Part shown: piece by piece, positions 35,101 to 45,422 of the stretch
How the letters are laid out: each line of letters begins with the position of its first letter
Position numbering within the stretch: the stretch's first letter is position 1
Origin: Trichomonas gallinae
Taxonomy: Eukaryota
Direction of reading: 5' to 3'
Assembly (NCBI GenBank): GCA_008369845.1
Contig: MRSU01011701.1
Location: 1 to 64,000 of the forward strand
DNA: 64,000 nt
Position numbers and translations under genes: made by a program
The notes under the pieces: model-generated
Told to the model about the DNA's origin: nothing
The model's database searches: none
What the model saw: the letters and a program-made list of their open reading frames with translations, nothing else

Positions 35101-35664
35101 TCTTACTAGTTTGCGGCAAAGCTTCAGTGCCATCAGCTGAGCTGCTTCGTCTCCGTCTGATAAACAAAACACGATTTTAACGAGACATTTGTCGTTATAT
35201 TGCGCGAGATCTTGAGAATTGCACTTGTAGCACCTTCTGAGTGCAAACATCATGCCATGGTACAGATCGTCGCCTAATTTTAATAATACATTTGTGAAAT
35301 GTGGGATTTTGTCTTTGATTGATTTATCAGCTGTCTTTAGAAGATGCGCTGTGACATAAATGATGGATTGTATTGGATTTTTCGTTGCTGCAGTGATGAT
35401 TTCTGAATAATCTTTCGATTTCTTCGCTTCGTAGACAGCTTTGATGCATTCGGCAATGCGAATTGAGCAATACATGCTCAGTTTTCCGTCATTTATGTGA
35501 AGAATCTTAATTAATAAGGATAAAATTGATGTTAAATCCGAATCATCCGAAATTTCTGCTATTTTCTGCTCAAAGTCCAGCAGAAGTTCGCATATCTGGC
35601 CTTCCGCGGGCACGAGCTTCTTTTGCTCTGCAATCGGCTGCAAAATTTTCACTAATTCACTCAT
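32158..35664 (-). CDS. HEAT-repeat protein, HEATR5/Laa1-like
   Basis: 1168-aa all-helical ORF; N-terminal SMYCSIRIAECIKAVY and internal YALFALS patterns. Confidence 0.6.
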   Translation of the reverse strand: MSELVKILQPIAEQKKLVPAEGQICELLLDFEQKIAEISDDSDLTSILSLLIKILHINDGKLSMYCSIRIAECIKAVYEAKKSKDYSEIITAATKNPIQSIIYVTAHLLKTADKSIKDKIPHFTNVLLKLGDDLYHGMMFALRRCYKCNSQDLAQYNDKCLVKIVFCLSDGDEAAQLMALKLCRKLVRCDCIDVPKLYSILLNFLKMKDHLQNFVIDDACYLVAVCASLPLIRQTPTQELYEEAAKVFMLFKEHLTACLRHFLDIVPPKFIAEHFLSLFNSLKVMSLSDVSQLLPYISSETRIKLFNKISTEGVSFNTLMCLRMLANSLTLAQETASIALQMAQNINDDVRSGLQSFFAYLAQLYPDLANQYLESSLLYLANPPDVTETPNTVEGMVFVAASIIGGSEDPEKTLRPYISYIQKFLDDTFSHFKLYSHKTNAAFRLLCITPKEIVPLEQVNRAINSLTKDIMESKCDITSHSVKEIVRSVNCALYSHPYLAAANKYLEAAARLTLINSSTSNMAMFLDLPLVKPDCQVDVAINLVRKITNLKPPMHSILMMLKNPMQLQDELLFHAVIITFTKGPLYSNVNSATFAMRVITTIGQFVKAMKPGAAIRFVNDVMGAHGELLMIHSCILTLVREDLIRFMPANTIEYLLETLDKRNTDYDRMRVSAESLATYVSKTDKLSFVLDQIKDWHCVGKCLVIANLIQFCHFSDDQVFKCMLDLNELAKTQPTAPYALFALSVIYDVYAGILIGSPLLSGQLQAMIRCLNSYSGLNSFTFYYLTQAFGKILPIAAVDYENNSKEILVLVNLLSQTNIPYSRQISYQIWKFVSTYLPQLKSAITVNYPTQTNITMSQEIAATSALAEYINLVDPKIDIFASAPRILYLVQKKEDPRPVELFMAMIDSQCDHSEDMYTLARDVIKDSKFPGLNPNDIEPLTHTIACCVQIITKLLPKIGKMHTEEIIAMSIKVITKELPKTAATAYKLLAEMLRLEIITIKDFVDDLSVAIKKSPIQDLSGCMEFIQEVIKSMKDNKEGEHINTLCNAFISLFDRADVNFKSVTLAISLLSMSTVVNNENLKKEILEKFKLKAKEMIHEIKEKFAANDWSYIGESKKLFPHGLGDLYVCSKIDELELDQKSILEFAEEESKARDEWRSGPAKLFVSQQ

Positions 35665-36367
35665 TTATTGATTATCGTCATCATTTCACTGATTTTTGAA
35701 AGCGCAAAATCCATCCTCTGCATGCTGTATGGATCACAAATACCACGAAATTTCGCTTTTTCTTCAAAGGTTTTATTTTTTCAGATTGTGAATAATCGAA
35801 ATTGAGCCATAATATTTTTGCAATAATCATATTAACGAATAAGTAGTAAAATAAACCAATCGTTGACTCCAATTTCTTTGTTTTTAATATTTCAAAAAGT
35901 TAATGGTATGGACAAATAATCAACGAAAGAAATTCCTATAACATGAATGTCAAGACACAAGATTAGTTTCATCGTATTTACAACAACAATTTGCACATAT
36001 GTATAGCATAAGATTCTCGCATACATCTATTATTGAAGCTGATATTGCAAATTTAAATTCGTAATCATTTAAATCATCATAATTTAAATTAAAACAGGAT
36101 TTTATTGCAGCAGGATCAAGATACTTTGTGTATGAATCCTCTATATCGTATTGTACTTATCTATAGAGTTTGCGCCAAATTGCTAGGTTTCATTAACTTG
36201 TTTTTTTCAATATAATTATGTAAGAAAAATATGAAAAGATTTATATCATAGAGAATGTTTATGAAGATTATGCCGTTAAAACTCTATGAATATCTTATAT
36301 TTTTTCTTGATATTTTCTAATATGTGACAACAATTGTACATATGGTCTTAATTTAGAATAATTCATC

Positions 36368-36389
36368 TGGAGAGACCGGGATTCGAACC
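36368..36389 (-). pseudogene. Isolated tRNA 3' fragment (Ala-like)
   Basis: GGTTCGAATCCCGGTCTCTCCA corresponds to tRNA positions 52-73 with U70 and A73; no 5' half nearby. Confidence 0.5.
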
Positions 36390-36744
36390 AAATTACTAGA
36401 TTTCATTATGAATATTCTGTGATACAATAAATTTATTCGTTTTTGCTATTCTACAAATGCCGGAAAACCCTTTTGTATGAATGAAAAGAGACAATCCTTG
36501 AGCACGAATTAGAAACAATGAGGTAAGGATTAATCTCGAATATTCTACAAGAAAATCGAATAAATAAGATTGAGTTTCTCTCGTGCTATTAGTTTGTAAA
36601 TTACACTATCCTGTTTACTTACTAATTTATCTCAATTCTAATCACATACTCTAGTAGACTTCAATTATTAACCTGGTGAATTGATAACAAGCATGATACG
36701 GAGAAGCTACGATTGAGAGGATTTAATGTTCTAATGAATATTAT

Positions 36745-37731
36745 TTATGATAGTATTTGTTTAAATTCATTAGCAAAATTAATTTCATTGTGCATTTTAG
36801 AAATTGAAGCTGGAATTATGAATTTTGGAAGCTCTGTTTCTTGAATCGGCTGCTTAATATCAAAAGTAATGTAGTCACCTTTAGTATTGATATGAAAAGC
36901 AGCGAAAACTTTGTTTAAATCTTCATTAATTTCAAAATCATTCATTAAGATATCTTTGTTGAAACTTGTTGACTTGAGTGCAAGTCTTAAATTCGATAAT
37001 GTGTTAAAATAAATTTGATAATCAACGAGTGTAAGTGTATATGCTAAAACAAATGGCGAATTTTTAATAATTTGTAAGAAAAGCTTTATATCATCTGTAA
37101 AATATGCTATTCTTATCGATTTTGCTGTTAAAATATTATATTCTGTGTTATATTTTGCTAAATTCTCTATAAATTGGTCCATATAGAACATTGAAGCGAG
37201 GTGAGCTGTCTGAAACGTATCTTTATTCTTTGTGGGAAAATATATATATTCTTCTAACAAAGATAGAAAGTTCTGAGACATTTGTTCAAAGTTCTGAACG
37301 AAATCAAAATCATTTAGTGGTAAATTCCTGAAATGAATTCCAGCCCATAAGAAAAATGAAATCGAATATTCATAAATCTTGGAAATTTCTATGGAATGTA
37401 ATTGTTGTATTATAATATCTTGATTGATCGCTCTTAATCTGTCCCTTACGTAATGATACATTTTTAATTGAATTTCAATATCTTTATTTTTAAGGTTTGG
37501 CGAGACAATTTTATCGTTAATATAATTTATAGTTCGAACTAATACATCTAGTGGACGAATATTTGACATATCTGGTGTAAATCCAGCTGCACTTCTTGAA
37601 TACTTCTTAATAGCCAGCTTAGGATCAAACTTTCCTTTCGAATCACATTCAAAAACGGAAATATAACCAGTTTTGTGTTCAGCAAGTTCGGAAGCCGGAC
37701 ACATCTGCTGACAAGATCCAACTTTCGACAT
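36745..37731 (-). CDS. SAC3/GANP family protein
   Basis: VGSCQQMCP, AIKKYSRSAAG, IRPLDVL, YVRDRLRAINQDIIIQ; Inr TCATT just upstream. Confidence 0.88.
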   Translation of the reverse strand: MSKVGSCQQMCPASELAEHKTGYISVFECDSKGKFDPKLAIKKYSRSAAGFTPDMSNIRPLDVLVRTINYINDKIVSPNLKNKDIEIQLKMYHYVRDRLRAINQDIIIQQLHSIEISKIYEYSISFFLWAGIHFRNLPLNDFDFVQNFEQMSQNFLSLLEEYIYFPTKNKDTFQTAHLASMFYMDQFIENLAKYNTEYNILTAKSIRIAYFTDDIKLFLQIIKNSPFVLAYTLTLVDYQIYFNTLSNLRLALKSTSFNKDILMNDFEINEDLNKVFAAFHINTKGDYITFDIKQPIQETELPKFIIPASISKMHNEINFANEFKQILS

Positions 37732-38026
37732 TAAAATGAATTTTGAACTTGAAAAATTCTTTATTTAACCATACAGAAGCGATAAATAATAATAATAATA
37801 AACATTGTTATATTTTTTTGACATTCTGTCAAAAATTAAACTTTACATTTGACACTTTAATTTCAATTCCAATTTTTCTCAAGAATGCATAGATATTTTT
37901 ATAAAGTAATTAAATATTATATTTTAATTCTATTTATATAATTCATTGTATGAATATTTAAGGAAAATATTGGCCAGTTATCTAAAACAATATTGGTGTT
38001 AGCCCCTAAATAAAAATATATATCAA

Positions 38027-40189
38027 ATGCCCAAGAAAGAATATTTTCCACCGCCGGACAGGCCACTCAAGAAAGTCACACAAGAGTCATATCCACCTGT
38101 ATTCGAGGAGATAATTGATTTTTGCGAAGATATTTACAACATAGACGTAGAGAAAGTCCCTGATATTATAGAAAAAATGAAAGACTTCATGAACAGAAAT
38201 CTTGTCAACAACAACATGATGCTTGTACTCTTAGACAAACTACTTTTATATAAATCTCACGAAGTTAAGCCACTCAGAAAAATTATCGGAAAATTCCTTG
38301 ATTCATACGAGTTTGATATCTCAGATGTTAAAGAAAGAGATTTCCCACTGTTATACATCTGCTTATCACAGCGTGGCGCCAAGCCTGAAATACCAGAAGA
38401 AAATTTCGAAGTCGAAAATGCTGGAAGATACGAAGAAAGCCATTTCGCACAGATGGCCACAGAAGGCACATTAGCCAACAGTATCATCACAGACGACGTA
38501 GAGACATTCAACACACACGCAGCACAACCTGGATTCCAAGCAAATCAAAGAATCATCAATCTTTCCTTGATAAACTTGGCCGCATCATATGGATCGGTCA
38601 ATGTTTTCAAAGTTTTGTATAACATGGACATGAAAATCGATATAGAGACATTCATTCAGGCCATATATGGCAAGAACCTTGAGATCATTCACTTAGTTGA
38701 AAGAAAGGTCAAGCCAGACCAAAAATGCATGGATTTGGCCATCACATATCACTTTTATGATTTGGTAGATTATTTCCTGCAGAATTACGATCTAAAGATA
38801 TCAATCAAGAAATGTATTAAGTCATATAACTTCAGAACTTTCTTCGATTTGATGGCAAGAGTTGGGGATCCGGATTACTCAGATTCCAACAAAAACACAG
38901 CACTCATGCAGTTATCTCGACTCGGAATCATGCCTTTTGTCAACTATTTCATAGACTGCGGCGCAAATCTTGACCTAAAGAATAATAAAGGAAAGACTGC
39001 AGCTTATTATGCTGTGAAATACAATCAGAATGAAGTCCTGAAAACATTGCTATATTGGGAATGCTATGAAGACAATTTCTACGCTAGTGATATGGACGGT
39101 ACATTGGCCCACATCGCAAGCAAAATGGGAAAAACTGAATTACTTAAGTCTTTGTTTGCTTTCAACATCGAACATGAAATAGATTTTAGATGCGATTTGG
39201 AAACACCTGACAGATTCGGCTTGACTCTTTTGATGTGCGCCATAATTTCAGGTAACTTCGAAACAGTTAAATATTTGGTAGAATTGGGAGCAAAGATCAA
39301 TGCAAGAGATGATGAAAGACAAACACCCTTCCTTCACGCTTGCAATTACTGCGGCGATAATATTGAAATATTGCAGTATCTCTTAGATCATGGCGCAGAC
39401 ATGAATGCTGTTGATGCCTTTGGATTTTCTGCTTTGTCTGATCTATGCGACGCAGGATTCGCAAAAGGATTAGAGTTCGTATTAAATCGCGGCGCAGATG
39501 TCAACACTAGGAATAGATTCGGAACAACACCTTTGCTTAAAGTTTCCGAAATAAATAATCCGGAAATCATCAGAATTTTGCTCGAACACAATGCTGATGT
39601 AAACATTCCAGGAGCTGACAGACAGACACCAATCATTAAAGCAGCACAGTTCAACATTGCTGAAACTGTCAGGATGCTTATTGAGCACAAAGCGAAATTG
39701 AACGTCAGAGATCGCTTCATGAAATCGCCTCTAGATTATTGCATTGAAAACAACGGAAATGAATCAGCAAAGCTTTTGATTGAGGCTGGAGCAGAGCATA
39801 ACACTAGGCAACTTATCGTTGCACTCTCAAAGAATAACTTGGAAATTGCTAAACTTATGATAGACCACGGCGCTAATTTGAACGACTACAAAGAAATTTC
39901 GCCGATGCACGCGTGCATTTTCAAGGGCCAGTTAGAAGCTGTTCAGTTACTAGTCGAACACAACGTTGATATTAATCGTCCTGATAAAGATATGTCACCA
40001 TTGAAGATGGCTGTCCTCAGAGATGAGCCATTAATCGCAAAGTATTTGATCGAAAAAGGCGCAAACATTTTTATCCACATCAACAAATTGAGTCTTATAA
40101 CTTACTTAATTGTCACTAACAATACGGCAGTACTTTCAGCAATCAAGAAGAAATACAGAGAACTATGGGACAGCATTATTGGCGAATAG
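38027..40189 (+). CDS. Ankyrin-repeat protein with DUF3447-like N-terminal region
   Basis: LAASYGSVNVFK and AIYGKNLEIIHL (DUF3447-like) followed by more than 10 ankyrin repeats (TPFLHAC, GADVNTRNRFGTTPL). Confidence 0.92.
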   Translation: MPKKEYFPPPDRPLKKVTQESYPPVFEEIIDFCEDIYNIDVEKVPDIIEKMKDFMNRNLVNNNMMLVLLDKLLLYKSHEVKPLRKIIGKFLDSYEFDISDVKERDFPLLYICLSQRGAKPEIPEENFEVENAGRYEESHFAQMATEGTLANSIITDDVETFNTHAAQPGFQANQRIINLSLINLAASYGSVNVFKVLYNMDMKIDIETFIQAIYGKNLEIIHLVERKVKPDQKCMDLAITYHFYDLVDYFLQNYDLKISIKKCIKSYNFRTFFDLMARVGDPDYSDSNKNTALMQLSRLGIMPFVNYFIDCGANLDLKNNKGKTAAYYAVKYNQNEVLKTLLYWECYEDNFYASDMDGTLAHIASKMGKTELLKSLFAFNIEHEIDFRCDLETPDRFGLTLLMCAIISGNFETVKYLVELGAKINARDDERQTPFLHACNYCGDNIEILQYLLDHGADMNAVDAFGFSALSDLCDAGFAKGLEFVLNRGADVNTRNRFGTTPLLKVSEINNPEIIRILLEHNADVNIPGADRQTPIIKAAQFNIAETVRMLIEHKAKLNVRDRFMKSPLDYCIENNGNESAKLLIEAGAEHNTRQLIVALSKNNLEIAKLMIDHGANLNDYKEISPMHACIFKGQLEAVQLLVEHNVDINRPDKDMSPLKMAVLRDEPLIAKYLIEKGANIFIHINKLSLITYLIVTNNTAVLSAIKKKYRELWDSIIGE

Positions 40190-40597
40190 ATTGTTAATTT
40201 TAATATTATAATATTCTTATAAATAAATATCTATTAAATAATCTTTTAGTATTTTGATACTTTACACATAGCACATACCTTATACTTAAGCTAAGTCAAT
40301 TTATCCAAAAATGAAAAATTTTCCAATGTAAAAAATTAATATTAATAATTTTTTATGCTATATTTGTTTATATTGGGGTATATATTGATGCATTATACCG
40401 AAGAAAATAGGTTTAAGTCACAATTTTTCATAAAAATAAAAAATAAACACAATGGGCTTTTTCAATGTGTAAGGATTAGAAGGAAGTGCGCTAATTTGCA
40501 CGGAGCTAATATATGGAAAATTCGCAGGTGAAAATAATTGAAATAAATAATCGAATTTAAGATTTATATCAATTGAAAAATAATTATTTTTAAAAAA

Positions 40598-40955
40598 CAT
40601 ACGTTCACATATATGGATTTTTTTCATGTAAAAGTGATTCATTAGTCTAGAAAAATTCAGACGCAATAACTTTATTAATCATACGTTCGCATATATAGAT
40701 AAAATCTGAATAATAATTTTAAGAAATCTATTTTCTTAAAAGTGATTCATCGGTCTAAATAATTAAAGAAAAATTCAGACGCAATAACTTTCTATGAGAA
40801 TTGCCATGAATCATACGTTCACACATATAGATAAAAATTTTAATAATTATTATTCATGGCCATAGTTTTCTTAATTTTTTTTACGCCTGTAACGTCCATT
40901 ATTTGTTTTAATGTGATTCGTTGGTCATAATTATTAAAGAAAAACAGACGCAATC
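40598..40955. repeat. Three degenerate tandem copies of an 80-145 bp unit
   Basis: CATACGTTC at 40598, 40680 and 40812; CAGACGCAAT at 40658, 40776 and 40945; GTGATTC in each copy. Confidence 0.75.
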
Positions 40956-41168
40956 TGTCAAAATAAAATATTTTTCAAACAAAAACTTGAAATTTTCAAT
41001 GAATATAAATACTAAATATGTATTACAGACAACCATCAATCGATTTACCCAAAAATAAAATTCACGAGTTTCGAAAAATTTTAGATCACAAAATAGAGCC
41101 CATATGTAGTAGAAAATCGATGTAAAAATCATGAAATATGACAAAAATTCAAATCACAAGTCTAATCT

Positions 41169-42248
41169 ATGTCTGATAATTCTGATACTTCTTTCACTAT
41201 CAGCACATGCAGCGCGATTCGACCGAGTATAATCAGATATGAAGTTCCACCACCACCTGTTGGCGTTAAACTCGACAGATATGGCCATATTCGAAGAGAA
41301 TCAGACGGAGCCAAAACCGAGAAAGACCACGAACTAGAAATGCGAGAAAATAAAGTGGAGTCAAGAAGAGAGAGCAAATGGTTACATATGTTTATTCGTT
41401 GGGATTATTATAGCGGCAGAAATAGAAATAAACTTCGCCAACGTATTAAGAAAGGTATACCAGATGCATTTAGGTCAAAAGCGTGGCCAATGCTCATTTT
41501 AGAAAATTATAATTCACCAACATATCAGCCAAAAGACATCGAAAAGCTGTTGGAAGGTGGTAACCAGATAGGATACCAAACAATCGAAGCAGATCTCAAC
41601 AGAACAATGCCGCAATACCCAATGTTTAATAACGTAAAAGTTATTGACTCGCTTAGACGCATTTTATATGCATACAGCAACAGAGATCCTGAACTGGGCT
41701 ATACACAAGGCATGTCAGCTATCGCTGGGGTTTTATTATTATACATGGATGAATCAATTGCTTATGATTGCTTCGAAACAATCATGCTGGGCAATAGGTA
41801 CCAATGGAGAAACTTCTATTTGAAAGATTTCCCAAGATTGAAGCTCTTAAACAAAGTTTGGGAAATTGCTCTCAAAGACCGTTACCCAGCCGTCGCGAAA
41901 TCATTCAAGAGAATCGATCTCCTCTCAATATATTACACACCTTCGTGGTTCTTGACTCTGTTTATCAATCAAGAATTGCCGCCAACTGTTAAATTCGCAA
42001 TTTTCGACAGATTTTGCGAGTATGGATCGCGTGCGATCATTTCATTTGGCCTCGTCATCATCTCCAGAAACAAGAAGTCTCTCATTAATCAGCCTTTCGA
42101 GAAAGTTATTACAATCATTCAGAAACCCTGCGTAACAGGAACAATGAATGACTGGAGATATGTACTCCAGAAGTATGACGAGCTCTGGATCACAGAACCA
42201 AAATTCAAGAGTTATTTCAAGCAAGCTGGAGTTGAATTCTTCCCATAA
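41169..42248 (+). CDS. TBC-domain Rab GTPase-activating protein
   Basis: KLDRYG, KGIPDAFRSKAW, IEADLNRT (Arg finger), GYTQGM (Gln finger). Confidence 0.93.
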   Translation: MSDNSDTSFTISTCSAIRPSIIRYEVPPPPVGVKLDRYGHIRRESDGAKTEKDHELEMRENKVESRRESKWLHMFIRWDYYSGRNRNKLRQRIKKGIPDAFRSKAWPMLILENYNSPTYQPKDIEKLLEGGNQIGYQTIEADLNRTMPQYPMFNNVKVIDSLRRILYAYSNRDPELGYTQGMSAIAGVLLLYMDESIAYDCFETIMLGNRYQWRNFYLKDFPRLKLLNKVWEIALKDRYPAVAKSFKRIDLLSIYYTPSWFLTLFINQELPPTVKFAIFDRFCEYGSRAIISFGLVIISRNKKSLINQPFEKVITIIQKPCVTGTMNDWRYVLQKYDELWITEPKFKSYFKQAGVEFFP

Positions 42249-42442
42249 ATTTGTTTATTTGTTTATTATTAGTAAAGCATTATGTTATATTAAATCATAA
42301 CAGATTTTTAAAGTTTCTCAAAATTTCAAAATTGATATTATTCTTATTTCTTACTATTTTGATGTTATATTTATTCATATTGAGCAATATTTTCAGATTA
42401 TTCATTAAATTAAATGATATATCGAGTTATGATTTTTAAAAA

Positions 42443-43351
42443 TCATTGACTGATATAATTTTCAATGATTGGAAGAGTGTTTGGTATAATATTTATTTTG
42501 CATATATTTAGGTCCTCATTACTACACAACCCTTTCGATATCATGTGTTGAATTGCACTACATGAATCAAATACTATATTATCAATATTGCGAATATAAT
42601 TGCATGTGCTCATGCTATTTAGATTAAAAGAATATGAACCAGCATAGCTTGTTGTATTACTCACATCATTATCCTTGATATAACAATGAATTAGGACTAG
42701 TGATGCCTTTTCGCAAACAAGTAAATGAGTAATATTGTTCTGCAATATATTGCATTCTTTTATGGTCAAATTAGATGTTAAAGAACATAAAAAATATGCT
42801 CCTTTATTACTCATATAATTACAATTAATTGCTAAAGCAATGTTATGACAGTCTCTAAAAACAAACATATAAGAATTAGCCGAAATATTTTCGAAATTTG
42901 AAAATGATGTTTTCGTCAAATGTTTTTGGTTAACAAAACGAAATCCAGAATTCGCTCCTTTGCATTGGGAAATATTTGAACACGAAATGTGTGCATTTCC
43001 ATTTGTAAGTTCGCATGCATACAATCCAATTTCAGTTGCTGCACATTGTGCAAAACTACAAAAAGATACAAAATTGGCAGCATTTTCAACATCACTTACC
43101 GAAGTGTATAAAAAGTGGCCTCTGTTACCTCCACAAGAACAATTCATGCTACAAACACGATTAACATTAACTTTTCCTTGTCCAATAAAACAAATTCCAG
43201 CTCCATTCTCATTATAAAATATATCACTAAAATAACAAAAATTTGTCGTCAACAAACTACTTTCATCTTGTGATTTAAACACAATTGCATGGTTGTCTAT
43301 TTTTTCGAATTTACTTCCAGTTATGGAAACTGTACCAGAGATGAATGACAT
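42443..43351 (-). CDS. Hypothetical Cys/Asn/Ser-rich beta-helix-like protein
   Basis: 302-aa ORF with repeated beta-strand-like units (NGAGICF, FCSFAQC, SCSNISQC, FSNFENI). Confidence 0.65.
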   Translation of the reverse strand: MSFISGTVSITGSKFEKIDNHAIVFKSQDESSLLTTNFCYFSDIFYNENGAGICFIGQGKVNVNRVCSMNCSCGGNRGHFLYTSVSDVENAANFVSFCSFAQCAATEIGLYACELTNGNAHISCSNISQCKGANSGFRFVNQKHLTKTSFSNFENISANSYMFVFRDCHNIALAINCNYMSNKGAYFLCSLTSNLTIKECNILQNNITHLLVCEKASLVLIHCYIKDNDVSNTTSYAGSYSFNLNSMSTCNYIRNIDNIVFDSCSAIQHMISKGLCSNEDLNICKINIIPNTLPIIENYISQ

Positions 43352-43635
43352 CCTTTATTTCCGGTCATTATTTTATCGTTCTGATTTTTGTGATAAGATA
43401 ACTTAAGTTAACAAATGAAAAAAAAATTTTCATAACAAAATTTGTCATTTTTCGCATCAAAAATGAACCAGTAGAAATCGTTCATTAATATCATTATCAC
43501 GTTAGAAAATTGAAAATCAACGGTTTTCACGTCTTATCAATCGAATCACTCAAATCAAAATCATAAATCGTTGATTTCTGTTTCTTTTCATCTGTTAACA
43601 ATCTAATAGAAATACAATTACATAAATATAGTTAA

Positions 43636-43750
43636 GGGCAGGCTGCTTTTTAGTATATACCCTATACATCTATAATTGTTATATGATTGCTACTAGTTTA
43701 TACACAGAGATATATTACAAAATAAGGTTCCAAAAACGAAGAGCCCGCCC
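43636..43750. mobile_element. Candidate PIF/Harbinger (Tourist-like) MITE
   Basis: TAA|GGGCAGGCT...AGCCCGCCC|TAA: 9-bp TIR with 1 mismatch, TAA direct repeat on both sides, AT-rich interior. Confidence 0.4.
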
Positions 43751-43885
43751 TAAAAAATAAATAATTAACATTAAAAAAGATTTAACGATATTGACAAAAT
43801 TAATGAAGTCTGTATACTGATCATAAAAGAATCTATTGTATGCATAATTTAGGAAAAAGTATGCATCACCAATTAAAAGTAGATC

Positions 43886-44452
43886 TTAGAAAGTTACAGT
43901 ATCATAAAATGAATCCTCGTCAATTTGTAATTCATCATAAAGCAATTCTTGTGCAAATTCCGAATCACTTGTGAATTCAACAATAAGACTTTCAAATTTT
44001 TCACTTTCCACGACATCTATATTTTGTTTTTCTGATCTGAGAATTGCCTCCATATTCCTCTTCTTTTGCCTTCCCTTGATCAATCCTTTTGGATTCCCAT
44101 TTTTCATTATTTCGAAGCCTCCTTCTGGATCATCGTCAAAATGAAGTTCACCAGTAAAAATGATATGATTGCCTTTCATTTGATAATATTTGATATATGG
44201 TTTTGCTTCTTTTATATTATTATGCATCCAATTTATCAAAAAATCCTGATTCCTTGTATCTTCTGGCTCTTTATACAAATTAAACCTTTGAGAAATACGT
44301 ATAACAATCGCTCTTAAAATTCCTACTGGCCAATTTTTAAAATATTCATATTCTGGCGTTGAACGCAATCCAGGGGTAATTTTCTGCGCCTTCATCCTCC
44401 TCACAGCCGTCTGCTTCTTCTGGTATGTCTTCAGCTTGTTCGTTTGTTCCAT
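43886..44452 (-). CDS. Hypothetical protein with basic N-terminus, shared helical domain and acidic C-terminus
   Basis: 188-aa ORF; Inr TCATT 8 nt before the ATG; LRAIVIRIS...TRNQDFLINWMHNNIKEAKP. Confidence 0.75.
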   Translation of the reverse strand: MEQTNKLKTYQKKQTAVRRMKAQKITPGLRSTPEYEYFKNWPVGILRAIVIRISQRFNLYKEPEDTRNQDFLINWMHNNIKEAKPYIKYYQMKGNHIIFTGELHFDDDPEGGFEIMKNGNPKGLIKGRQKKRNMEAILRSEKQNIDVVESEKFESLIVEFTSDSEFAQELLYDELQIDEDSFYDTVTF

Positions 44453-45422
44453 GAAAATGAGAAAAGAAGCTACAATATAAAACTTCCACTTTTATCAATT
44501 TTTGAATTCCAAATTTTAATTTGAATAGCATTCAAAAAGATCTTCCCCTGTCTTATATTTATAATCACCGCGATTCTTGTTGTCATCATTTTTCATTAAT
44601 TATATTATTTTATCTTAAAAATAATTTTTTTTTCATACAAAAAAAATTTTTTTTTAATATAAATGGCCGCGTCATTTTTAATATTAATGTCTTTAAGTCA
44701 TTTTGCACACATTGATGCTATATATGGCTTGTCAGGGAGCTAATTTCTTATTTTCAAAAATTTGCAAAAAAATCTGAACTCGAAATTACAAATTATAAGT
44801 GACTATTATCTATTCACAGAAATTCATTGCTATGAACCCAGAACAGTTTCTACATTATTTCCAAAATAATTTTTCATCATTTAATTATCTTATATTTTGA
44901 TTTTGTTATTTAAGTGGTTTCTTGTTTCATTATTGCGACATACATAATTATAATCAATATTTATTATGATATCAATATCATTCAAATAGATATGAATTTG
45001 AATTCTTCACAAATTTCATAATCACAATTTCCAAGTTCAACAATCATCTAATAGCATAATAATTATATTCCTAATATTTCACAATATTAAAGGTTCTTTA
45101 CAAAAATTCTAAAGGAAAAACTAGCCCGACATTCTGCCAATAGTATCCACTCATTAAATAGGACTTATCTTTATGATATCATAAAGAAAATTACTAGAAT
45201 TTTATTGTTAATCAATTTCTCAATGTTTGCGAACAAAATTAGCCATGTGATTCTATTAGCCAATTCCGCCTGTTCATTGATACATCGGGATGCATTTTAG
45301 CATGCAATGGATAATTAATGAAAAAGATATTAATTTTTTTTGAAGAAATAAAAAAAATTTTCAAAAATAACTGAGTTTATTAATAAATATATAAGATATA
45401 AACAAAAATAAATAAAAGTTTG

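Noticed and set aside
36361..36389. LTR end plus primer-binding site (CA-TC-TGG...)
   Set aside because: The TGG matches tRNA positions 71-73, not an added CCA tail; no LTR pair or retroelement ORF nearby
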